From Thermodesulfobacteriota bacterium (GTDB lineage: Bacteria > Desulfobacterota_D > UBA1144 > Nemesobacterales > Nemesobacteraceae): a stretch of DNA of 64,000 bases. This document shows, piece after piece, positions 9,707 through 17,516 of this stretch. The stretch is taken from positions 412,359 to 476,358 of the forward strand of contig CBDAUE010000002.1 in NCBI GenBank assembly GCA_965200595.1, read 5' to 3'. Every line of letters begins with the position of its first letter. The stretch's first letter is position 1. The notes beneath the pieces were generated by a model. That model had not been told where the DNA came from. It did no database searches and saw only the letters and a list, made by a program, of their open reading frames with translations. A program made the translations under genes and the position numbers.

Positions 9707-11027
9707 AGAAGTGGACCCCAAAAATCAGACAGCACCTTAAGTGTATTTCCTTGGTATTCTAAAAGAGTATACAGGAGGTACATAATGAAGAGTAAAAGAC
9801 GTAATCATTCACCGCAGTTCAAGGCAAAGGTAGCGTTTTTGGCGGTAAAAGGAGACAAGACAGTAGCGGAGCTTGCCCGGCAGTTTGAGGTTCATCCCAA
9901 TCAGATAAGCATGTGGAAGAAGAAGCAGCTCGGCAACGCCGCGGACAAAGTGTTCGGCCAGGGGGCGGGCAGCAAGGCGGCGGGCGAGAGCAAGTACGTA
10001 AACCAGCTTGAATCCAAGGTGGGCCAGCTGACGCTGGAGAACGATTTTTTATCAAAGGCGCTCGGTCGGCAGCGGCGCAAGAAGTTGGTAGTGCGCGGCC
10101 GGGCACTTTCTTTGGTAAGGCAGTGCAAACTGCTGGATATAAATCGCTCAAATATTTACTACAAACCTGTGGGGGTATCCCCGCAGGACGAAGAGATTAT
10201 GAAGAAGATTGACAGGATCTACATTAAGTATCCGTTTAAGGGTTCAAGAAGGATGGTGTACGCCCTTAAGGCACAGGGCGTACAGGTGGGCAGAAAGCGT
10301 GTTATGAGGCTTATGGGGATACGAGGGCTTGCTCCCGGCCCCCAGACTACAAAGAAAGGGGGAGCAGAGCACAGGATATACCCGTATCTGCTGCGGGGGA
10401 AGACTGTAGAGCTTCCCGGGCAGGTATGGGCGGCAGACATAACGTATATAGAGATGAGCAGGGGTTTTGTGTATCTGTGTGCGGTAATGGACTGGCACTC
10501 GTGCAAGGTTCTTAGCTGGAGAGTGTCTAACACAATGGACAGCAGTTTTTGCGTGGAGGCTCTGGAAGAAGCGCTTTACAAGTATGATAAGCCCGAGATA
10601 TTCAACACCGATCAAGGAAGTCAGTTCACAAGTGAAGAGTTTACGGGAGTTCTTAAAGACAGAGATATAAAGATAAGCATGGACGGCAAGGGAAGCTGGA
10701 GAGACAATGTTTTTGTGGAGAGGCTTTGGAGAAGTGTTAAGTACGAGGAAGTGTATCTGATGGCATATGAATCCGTTGCCTCGGCAAAGGCAGGTATAGG
10801 GAAGTGGATAGATTTTTACAATGAAAAAAGACCACATCAGGGGCTTGGAATGAAAACACCGGATGAGGTTTACTATGGTCTTGGGACAGCACAGAAGAAT
10901 GTGGCTTGAAGCAATGAGACAAACAGAGCAGAGAGTTTATGGTTTTGGGAGTCTTAAAGATGGTTATGCGTTGGTGGGAATACACTTAAGAAAACAAAAA
11001 TGCTGTCTAAAAAAGGGGACCACCTCT
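9707..11027 (+). mobile_element. IS3-family insertion sequence, copy 1 (1321 bp)
   Basis: Imperfect inverted repeats: AGAAGTGGACCCCAAAAATCAGACAGCA (left) and, on the right end, reverse complement AGAGGTGGTCCCCTTTTTTAGACAGCA. Near-identical to the copies at 13357 and 51061. Unique SNP T at 10502 (Cys instead of Arg). Confidence 0.95.
9785..10909 (+). CDS. IS3-family transposase, single fused ORF (374 aa)
   Basis: N-terminal HTH (KTVAELARQFEVHPNQISMWKKK), Leu-zipper-like LESKVGQLTLENDFLSKAL, HTH_21-like LSLVRQCKLLDINRSNIYYKP, and DDE core (WAADITYI, FNTDQGSQFTS, ERLWRSVKYEE). Confidence 0.95.
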   Translation: MKSKRRNHSPQFKAKVAFLAVKGDKTVAELARQFEVHPNQISMWKKKQLGNAADKVFGQGAGSKAAGESKYVNQLESKVGQLTLENDFLSKALGRQRRKKLVVRGRALSLVRQCKLLDINRSNIYYKPVGVSPQDEEIMKKIDRIYIKYPFKGSRRMVYALKAQGVQVGRKRVMRLMGIRGLAPGPQTTKKGGAEHRIYPYLLRGKTVELPGQVWAADITYIEMSRGFVYLCAVMDWHSCKVLSWRVSNTMDSSFCVEALEEALYKYDKPEIFNTDQGSQFTSEEFTGVLKDRDIKISMDGKGSWRDNVFVERLWRSVKYEEVYLMAYESVASAKAGIGKWIDFYNEKRPHQGLGMKTPDEVYYGLGTAQKNVA

Positions 11028-11219
11028 GAATCTGGCGAACCCATAAACAAACTCATGGACGAGATTAAAGAGAAATACCCTTACAACCCTAGAAAAAAAT
11101 TCCTCCAGTATCTATAATTGACCAAACGGCGTTAAGAACTTACCTGTAAGGAGAGTGGTTTATCGTGAGCGGTGAAAAAGAAGAATTAAAGATGGATTTT
11201 TCAGGCTTTATTCTCTCGT

Positions 11220-11411
11220 TTGGGTGAAATTCCAGATCCTCACTCAAAAAAAAGAGAAGTTAACATTCCCGCCGCCAAACACACCATAACCATACTCGAA
11301 ATACTGGCGGAAAAAACCGAGGGGAATCTGAACGAAGAGGAAAAGCAGCTTCTTGAGGACATGATTTACAATATCCGCATCCGCATGAAATACGTAAAGT
11401 CCCTGGCCTGA
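11220..11411 (+). CDS. DUF1844-like small protein, possibly 5'-disrupted
   Basis: GEIPDPHSKKREVNIPAAKHTITILEILAEKTEGNLNEEEKQLLEDMIYNIRIRMKYV fits my recollection of the DUF1844 consensus. The expected N-terminal DFSGFILS segment lies upstream (11165-11227) in another frame. Confidence 0.5.
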   Translation: MGEIPDPHSKKREVNIPAAKHTITILEILAEKTEGNLNEEEKQLLEDMIYNIRIRMKYVKSLA

Positions 11412-11420
11412 TCCTCTCTT

Positions 11421-12323
11421 CTACATGGTCGAGATTTTAAGAAACTTTTCGTATCTCTGCTCTATTTCTTCTTTTCGGAGCGAACTCAGACGTCTTACGC
11501 TGAAATCCTCAACCGTAAAGGAAGCCATCACACTGCCGTAGGCAACCCCTTTTTTAAACCCGTCAAAGTCAAGGTCTGCGTGCCGGGACGCCACGTATCC
11601 CATAAATCCTCCGGCAAAAGTGTCTCCGGCTCCCGTCGGGTCAAGCACTTGGTCCAGCAGGTAACTGGGAGCGAAAAAAACATCTTCAGAAGAAAAAAGC
11701 AAAGCTCCGTACTCTCCTCTTTTCACAATAAGAAATTCCGGCCCCATGTCCATTATCTTTCTTGCCGCTCTGGTCATCAGCAGTTCTCCGGACAGCTGTT
11801 TTGCTTCAGAATCATTTATTATGAGAATATTGACTCTGCCAAGGAGTGTCTTTAGTGCCTCAAGTTTATTGTCTATCCAGAAGTTCATGGTGTCGCAGGC
11901 CACAACTCGGGGTGATTTCACCTGCTCTAAAACCTTCATCTGGACTTCAGGGTCTGTGTTGGCTAAGAAAAGATAGTCGGCATTTTTTGATTTTTCGGGA
12001 ACCACGGGGTCAAACGATTCCAGAACGCCAAGGATGACCTCAACAGTTTCCGGATCCTTCATATCATAGTCATATCTGCCTTCCCATCTGAAAGTTTTTC
12101 CTGTGCTTACAGCTACTCCATGCGTATCAATGCCTCTTGAGCGAAGCAGTTCGGAATAACTTAGGGGGAAATCTTCTCCAACTGAAGAAACCATATGAAC
12201 ATCCGTAAAATTACTGGCCGAAAGAGAAAAGTAGCAGACGGATCCGCCGAGAACATTCTCTTCCCTTCCAAAAGGTGTTTCTATAGTATCAATTCCTACT
12301 GATCCCACAACGACAATACTCAT
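11421..12323 (-). CDS. PfkB-family carbohydrate/nucleoside kinase
   Basis: VVGSVGIDT N-terminus and the PfkB signature DPTGAGDTFAGGF. Downstream of mtnP. Confidence 0.85.
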   Translation of the reverse strand: MSIVVVGSVGIDTIETPFGREENVLGGSVCYFSLSASNFTDVHMVSSVGEDFPLSYSELLRSRGIDTHGVAVSTGKTFRWEGRYDYDMKDPETVEVILGVLESFDPVVPEKSKNADYLFLANTDPEVQMKVLEQVKSPRVVACDTMNFWIDNKLEALKTLLGRVNILIINDSEAKQLSGELLMTRAARKIMDMGPEFLIVKRGEYGALLFSSEDVFFAPSYLLDQVLDPTGAGDTFAGGFMGYVASRHADLDFDGFKKGVAYGSVMASFTVEDFSVRRLSSLRKEEIEQRYEKFLKISTM

Positions 12324-12331
12324 TTGTACCT

Positions 12332-13189
12332 CTACATGTATTTTTTCAAGATAAGTTCAAGTCTGTTTTTGGTCTCTTCGGTTACGCAATCAGGTGACGT
12401 TATTATGGAGTTACCTAAAGCATCCCCGCAGGGACATTCCCTTTGCTCGGGGATAATATCAACTACAGCAGTCAGTATGTTTTTTGCCGCTTCAACGTTT
12501 TTATTCATGATTTCGATTATATCCGAAACCGTTACGTTGTCATGATCCTTGTTCCAGCAGTCATAATCGGTGCAGAGGGTTATTGTGGAATAGCAGATCT
12601 CGGCTTCTCTGGCAAGTTTCGCTTCCGGCATTGCGGTCATCCCTATTATGTCTGCTCCCCATGCTCTGTAGAGATGGCTCTCCGCAGCGGTAGAGAACTG
12701 AGGACCTTCCATGCAAATATAGGTTCCTCCCGAGTGGACGACAGTCTCTCCGCGGCCAAGGGCTGCTTCCTGCAGACAATCTGACAGCACAGAACACACT
12801 GGATCGGCCATTGAAACGTGGGCGACTATATCACCTTCAAAAAAGGTAGAAGGCCTCCGTTTGGTGTTATCAATGAATTGATCAGGTATCACTATGTGCC
12901 CTGGCTCTATTTCCTTCTTCAAGCTTCCCACTGCACTTACGGATATAATCCCCTTGACTCCCATAGCCTTCATTGCATATATGTTCGCCCGGGAATTTAT
13001 CTCAGACGGAGATAGAGTGTGCCCTGTCCCGTGTCTTGGAAGAAAAACCATCCGCGCGCCGCCAAGAGTTCCCGTAACGAGGCTTGAGGATGGTATTCCC
13101 CACGGAGTTTCCATAGAAATGATTTTAACGTCCGAAAGGCCTCCCATTTCATAAAGACCACTTCCGCCTATTACTCCTATGGTCTTCAA
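12332..13189 (-). CDS. mtnP: S-methyl-5'-thioadenosine phosphorylase
   Basis: IGVIGGSGLY...FLPRHGTGHTLSPSEINSRANIYAMKAMGV...GMTAMPEAKLAREAEICY, typical of MTAP/PNP-family proteins. Confidence 0.9.
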   Translation of the reverse strand: MKTIGVIGGSGLYEMGGLSDVKIISMETPWGIPSSSLVTGTLGGARMVFLPRHGTGHTLSPSEINSRANIYAMKAMGVKGIISVSAVGSLKKEIEPGHIVIPDQFIDNTKRRPSTFFEGDIVAHVSMADPVCSVLSDCLQEAALGRGETVVHSGGTYICMEGPQFSTAAESHLYRAWGADIIGMTAMPEAKLAREAEICYSTITLCTDYDCWNKDHDNVTVSDIIEIMNKNVEAAKNILTAVVDIIPEQRECPCGDALGNSIITSPDCVTEETKNRLELILKKYM

Positions 13190-13356
13190 ACTTTCGTCTC
13201 CATCTGCCCGAGTATCGGCCTTGCCACAATAACCGCCCTTTTTTCTCCTGAAAAAGGAAGTTCAAGCTCTTTTGTCAAAACAAGTTCCATATCTTCTGGA
13301 TACTGGTTTGTATAATTCTCCCATTCCTTCTTTCCTTGGGGTCCTTTCATTATAAC
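13186..13356 (-). pseudogene. rsmG: rsmG 3' fragment (C-terminal 56 codons)
   Basis: VIMKGPQGKKEWENYTNQYPEDMELVLTKELELPFSGEKRAVIVARP continues the 5' fragment in frame once the IS is removed. The stop overlaps the mtnP start. Confidence 0.8.
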
Positions 13357-14684
13357 AGAAGTGGACCCCAAAAATCAGACAGCACCTTAAGTGTATTTCC
13401 TTGGTATTCTAAAAGAGTATACAGGAGGTACATAATGAAGAGTAAAAGACGTAATCATTCACCGCAGTTCAAGGCAAAGGTAGCGTTTTTGGCGGTAAAA
13501 GGAGACAAGACAGTAGCGGAGCTTGCCCGGCAGTTTGAGGTTCATCCCAATCAGATAAGCATGTGGAAGAAGAAGCAGCTCGGCAACGCCGCGGACAAAG
13601 TGTTCGGCCAGGGGGCGGGCAGCAAGGCGGCGGGCGAGAGCAAGTACGTAAACCAGCTTGAATCCAAGGTGGGCCAGCTGACGCTGGAGAACGATTTTTT
13701 ATCAAAGGCGCTCGGTCGGCAGCGGCGCAAGAAGTTGGTAGTGCGCGGCCGGGCACTTTCTTTGGTAAGGCAGTGCAAACTGCTGGATATAAATCGCTCA
13801 AATATTTACTACAAACCTGTGGGGGTATCCCCGCAGGACGAAGAGATTATGAAGAAGATTGACAGGATCTACATTAAGTATCCGTTTAAGGGTTCAAGAA
13901 GGATGGTGTACGCCCTTAAGGCACAGGGCGTACAGGTGGGCAGAAAGCGTGTTATGAGGCTTATGGGGATACGAGGGCTTGCTCCCGGCCCCCAGACTAC
14001 AAAGAAAGGGGGAGCAGAGCACAGGATATACCCGTATCTGCTGCGGGGGAAGACTGTAGAGCTTCCCGGGCAGGTATGGGCGGCAGACATAACGTATATA
14101 GAGATGAGCAGGGGTTTTGTGTATCTGTGTGCGGTAATGGACTGGCACTCGCGCAAGGTTCTTAGCTGGAGAGTGTCTAACACAATGGACAGCAGTTTTT
14201 GCGTGGAGGCTCTGGAAGAAGCGCTTTACAAGTATGATAAGCCCGAGATATTCAACACCGATCAAGGAAGTCAGTTCACAAGTGAAGAGTTTACGGGAGT
14301 TCTTAAAGACAGAGATATAAAGATAAGCATGGACGGCAAGGGAAGCTGGAGAGACAATGTTTTTGTGGAGAGGCTTTGGAGAAGTGTTAAGTACGAGGAA
14401 GTGTATCTGATGGCATATGAATCCGTTGCCTCGGCAAAGGCAGGTATAGGGAAGTGGATAGATTTTTACAATGAAAAAAGACCACATCAGGGGCTTGGAA
14501 TGAAAACACCGGATGAGGTTTACTATGGTCTTGGGACAGCACAGAAGAATGTGGCTTGAAGCAATGAGACAAACAGAGCAGAGAGTTTATGGTTTTGGGA
14601 GTCTTAAAGATGGTTATGCGTTGGTGGGAATACACTTAAGAAAACAAAAATGCTGTCTAAAAAAGGGGACCACCTCTCACCTCT
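13357..14684 (+). mobile_element. IS3-family insertion sequence, copy 2, inside rsmG
   Basis: The 1321-bp unit plus a 7-bp tandem repeat of its own terminus (cacctct at 14671-14677 and 14678-14684). Flanked by the 3-bp direct repeat AAC (13354-13356 and 14685-14687). Confidence 0.95.
13435..14559 (+). CDS. IS3-family transposase (374 aa)
   Basis: Same ATG context as copy 1 (offset 78 from the IS end). The 407-aa track ORF from 13336 is an upstream non-ATG extension. Confidence 0.95.
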   Translation: MKSKRRNHSPQFKAKVAFLAVKGDKTVAELARQFEVHPNQISMWKKKQLGNAADKVFGQGAGSKAAGESKYVNQLESKVGQLTLENDFLSKALGRQRRKKLVVRGRALSLVRQCKLLDINRSNIYYKPVGVSPQDEEIMKKIDRIYIKYPFKGSRRMVYALKAQGVQVGRKRVMRLMGIRGLAPGPQTTKKGGAEHRIYPYLLRGKTVELPGQVWAADITYIEMSRGFVYLCAVMDWHSRKVLSWRVSNTMDSSFCVEALEEALYKYDKPEIFNTDQGSQFTSEEFTGVLKDRDIKISMDGKGSWRDNVFVERLWRSVKYEEVYLMAYESVASAKAGIGKWIDFYNEKRPHQGLGMKTPDEVYYGLGTAQKNVA

Positions 14685-15179
14685 AACCATCTCCCCTCCT
14701 ATATCCAGATAAGGAATACCAAGAGCAACTAAAGTACTTATACTCCCAACAGCCCGAAACGTTACACGGTCAAAGCTTCCATTCATCGTTTCATCTACTT
14801 CCTCAGCTCTCCCATGGTGAATATTGATGCCCTTAAGTCCTAAAGACCTTTTTGCGTCCTTTAAAAAAGCGATTTTCTTTCCAACCGACTCAAGAAGCGT
14901 AACTTCAAGTGAGGGGTCGTGGATAGAAAGCGGAATTCCGGGAAATCCTGCCCCCGTACCTATGTCAATAACCCTTGAGCCGGGAGGCATGAATTCGGCC
15001 ACTGTAAGGGAGTCAATCAGGTGCTTGATTATGATTTCCCGGTCAGCGAGAACCGAACTCAGATTTATGCGGCCGCCCCATTTACGCAGCAGGTCAACAT
15101 ATGAGAGGAAGGTGTCAGTCCTTACACTCTTAATGCCGATTTGTTCTGCACCTTCTCTAAGAAGTCGTTCATCAGTCAT
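14685..15179 (-). pseudogene. rsmG: rsmG 5' fragment (16S rRNA m7G527 methyltransferase)
   Basis: SAM motif VIDIGTGAGFPGIPL. The native sequence ends ...YLDIGGEMV at the IS junction. The track ORF tail (RGERWSPFLD...) is IS sequence read antisense. Confidence 0.85.
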
Positions 15180-15185
15180 TCTGAA

Positions 15186-15968
15186 TTAGCAAGCATCAAC
15201 GTTTCTTATTCCTTTAAAAGCGAAGGTAAGAAATCCTGTGTGAGCCACAGTTCTATTGTCCGGGCGGGTTTTCCCTTTTTTTACCTGATAGTTTCTCATT
15301 ATAAGCTCTACCGTTTCGATTCTGACAAAACCTATTTCCTCAAGCGATTCCGCCGTTCTTTCAACCTGGTTGTAAGTCGGGGAAATACTTGCGATTCTTC
15401 CTCCGGAAGCAAGAGCTTGGTAAGCCGCCGGAATTCCGTACCACGGGGAAGGCAGATCAAGTATTGCGACATCAACATCTGTTTCCTTAAAGCCTTCTCT
15501 GGCGTCGCCGCAGTTAAATTCCACGTATTTAGAAAGCCCCGCCCGTCGTACATTATCTCTGGCATTATTTATGAACTGCTCTCTTTTTTCGTACGTATAG
15601 ATTTTGCCGGAAGGAGCAACAGAATTGGCAAGCGCAATGGTAAGAGCTCCCGAACCTGTTGCGGCTTCAACAACCCTGGTTCCCGCCTTCACGTCCGTTT
15701 TAAAAAGAATCAGGGCCGCATCTTTGGGATAAACAATCTGTGTAGCCCTTCTCACCTTCATAACTTTTTGTTCCACTGTGGGATTAAGAAGTGTGAAGCT
15801 GTTTCCAAGGTTTGAAACTATCGTTTCTCCCCATTTTTTTCCAAGAGCGGAAGAAAGGTCGAGCATTCCCATGTGAGAACTGAATGACCTGCCCTCTTCC
15901 ACCACCACCATAAAGCTTTTGTTGTCAGGTGAAACAAGAAGAACTGTATCGCCGGATTTTATTTTCAT
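15186..15968 (-). CDS. trmI: tRNA (adenine-N1)-methyltransferase, TrmI/GCD14 type
   Basis: VVEAATGSGALT SAM motif, DLPSPW, N-terminal beta domain; 260 aa. Confidence 0.8.
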   Translation of the reverse strand: MKIKSGDTVLLVSPDNKSFMVVVEEGRSFSSHMGMLDLSSALGKKWGETIVSNLGNSFTLLNPTVEQKVMKVRRATQIVYPKDAALILFKTDVKAGTRVVEAATGSGALTIALANSVAPSGKIYTYEKREQFINNARDNVRRAGLSKYVEFNCGDAREGFKETDVDVAILDLPSPWYGIPAAYQALASGGRIASISPTYNQVERTAESLEEIGFVRIETVELIMRNYQVKKGKTRPDNRTVAHTGFLTFAFKGIRNVDAC

Positions 15969-17131
15969 GAAATACCTTTCACCTTCCCCTGACTTACAAA
16001 GTATTTATAGGTAAAAACAATGCATCCGGTGAGCATGAATACCCCTGTTACCAAGTACATATTCGGAAAACCATAATCTCTTGCTACCAATCCCAGACCG
16101 AAAGCAAAAAAGTTTATTCCGATGCTAAATGACATGTTATACGCACCCATCGCCGTTCCCCTCTCATCATCAAACGCCCTGTCAATAATCATTGCACTTA
16201 TTGTGGGATAGAGAATTCCATAGCCTAGGCTGAAGATAAAAGAAACCACAACAGCGCTCAAAGTAGAATTTATGGAAAAAATCATAAGCAGCGACAACAG
16301 CATTATAAGCATTGAAGGCAGAGCTATTTTTCTTCTCTCAAAAATATCCGGAAGTTTTCCTCCAAAGACCCTGACCAATATCACGGTTACTGAATAAGTG
16401 AGAAAAAAGCTCCTTGAATTAATTCCTTTCTCCTCAAGAAAAACGGAGAAGAAATTAAGCATGCTTCCAAGCCCCACAGCAATTACAAGGTTGGTCAGAA
16501 GAAGCACACGGAATCTCTTGGAGAAAACAACATCGAAAAAGCCACTGAAAATGGATTTTTCAGATACACTGAAATTTCCCTCCCGCGAGAGAAAACAGAA
16601 AATAAAGGCAAGAAAACTGAAAATGGAGGTATAAAGAAAAAAGACCGGGTAACTGAATCTTTCTATCACAAGTTCTCCAATAGTAGGCCCAATCGAGTAA
16701 GAAGCTATTGTGAAAGCACCAAAAATACCGAGTCCGTAAGCCCTTTTTTCACTGGGAATATAATCAGAAACCGCCGTAGCGGCTGAGGTGAAGAAAAAAG
16801 CAAAAGCTATTCCCTGCATAAGTCTGAGGAGGAATATTCTCACATCGATATCTGATATGAAAACATAGAGAAGGGAAACCAAAAACATCAAAGAAGAACC
16901 TGCAAGCATGAATTTTCTTCGCCCGGAGTGATCTATCAGAAAGGCTACAAATGGGATAGCTGCTATTGAAGTTACACCAAAAGTTCCCATAACATACCCC
17001 ATACGGGCTTCATCACCTCCGATATCTTTTATGAAAAGCGGAAGCAGAAAGAAAGAGGAAAAATTACAGAAAAAGAAAAAGTTTCCTAAAGTGACTAGGG
17101 AAAAATCTCTATATTTTTGTGCAAAATGCAT
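15965..17131 (-). CDS. MFS transporter
   Basis: About 12 hydrophobic segments. Paralog of 17517-18698. Confidence 0.8.
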   Translation of the reverse strand: MHFAQKYRDFSLVTLGNFFFFCNFSSFFLLPLFIKDIGGDEARMGYVMGTFGVTSIAAIPFVAFLIDHSGRRKFMLAGSSLMFLVSLLYVFISDIDVRIFLLRLMQGIAFAFFFTSAATAVSDYIPSEKRAYGLGIFGAFTIASYSIGPTIGELVIERFSYPVFFLYTSIFSFLAFIFCFLSREGNFSVSEKSIFSGFFDVVFSKRFRVLLLTNLVIAVGLGSMLNFFSVFLEEKGINSRSFFLTYSVTVILVRVFGGKLPDIFERRKIALPSMLIMLLSLLMIFSINSTLSAVVVSFIFSLGYGILYPTISAMIIDRAFDDERGTAMGAYNMSFSIGINFFAFGLGLVARDYGFPNMYLVTGVFMLTGCIVFTYKYFVSQGKVKGIS

Positions 17132-17213
17132 ACTAAATGGCAGTCTGAAAATAAAGTGGGAAAAGAGGAGTTTACATGATTTTATGCTTTTCTATCAGGA
17201 CAGCTATATCGTT

Positions 17214-17241
17214 TTGACATGAAAGGGGCTCGTGATATAAT
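17214..17241 (+). promoter_or_regulatory. sigma70-type promoter for the tRNA-Lys/tRNA-Glu pair
   Basis: TTGACA (17214-17219), 16-nt spacer, TATAAT (17236-17241), 12 nt upstream of the tRNA-Lys 5' end. Confidence 0.65.
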
Positions 17242-17253
17242 ACGGCATTTTCT

Positions 17254-17326
17254 GAGCCGTTAGCTCAGCTGGTAGAGCAACTGCCTTTTAAGCAGTGGGT
17301 CACAGGTTCGAATCCTGTACGGCTCA
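17254..17326 (+). tRNA. tRNA-Lys (anticodon TTT)
   Basis: Cloverleaf folded by hand: acceptor GAGCCGT/ACGGCTC, anticodon loop CTTTTAA, T-loop GGTTCGAATCC. No encoded CCA. Confidence 0.9.
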
Positions 17327-17335
17327 ATTCTTGCC

Positions 17336-17410
17336 GTCCCCGTCGTCTAGTCAGGCCTAGGACATCGGCCTTTCACGCCGGTAACAGGGGTTCAAATCCC
17401 CTCGGGGACG
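17336..17410 (+). tRNA. tRNA-Glu (anticodon TTC)
   Basis: Acceptor GTCCCCG/CGGGGAC, anticodon loop CTTTCAC, T-loop GGTTCAAATCC. Followed by an encoded CCA (17411-17413). Confidence 0.9.
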
Positions 17411-17516
17411 CCATAGAAATTCCCGACTTTAGTCTTGGAGATAACAACAAAAACGCAGAACTAGAACTAACTGCTTGAGCTACTCGGTTCACTGTGCATA
17501 GCTGAACATTCCACAT

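Noticed and set aside
9595-9783. The shared MYLLYTLLEYQGNTLK prefix on ORFs leaving IS3 copies 1 and 3, considered as an IS-encoded outward-reading gene or a fusion-generating start.
   Set aside because: It is just a stop-free stretch antisense to the IS left end. It has no RBS, and in copy 2 the outward ORF uses a different frame and start. The in-frame fusion to the flanks is a 1-in-3 chance event.
10244-10837. Long antisense ORFs inside the IS3 copies (197 aa, 110 aa, 104 aa and others, repeated three times).
   Set aside because: They lie opposite a well-supported transposase ORF, have low-complexity and odd composition, and their repetition only reflects IS copy number.
13336-14559. A 407-aa transposase variant in copy 2.
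   Set aside because: It is an upstream extension through the IS end into flanking DNA from a non-ATG start. The conserved ATG with an AGGAGG RBS is at 13435, as in the other copies.
9707-14684. IS3 copies 1 and 2 forming a composite transposon that carries the DUF1844 gene, pfkB and mtnP.
   Set aside because: Copy 2 has its own 3-bp target duplication inside rsmG. The cargo is an ordinary rsmG-mtnP-pfkB operon, so these are independent insertions.
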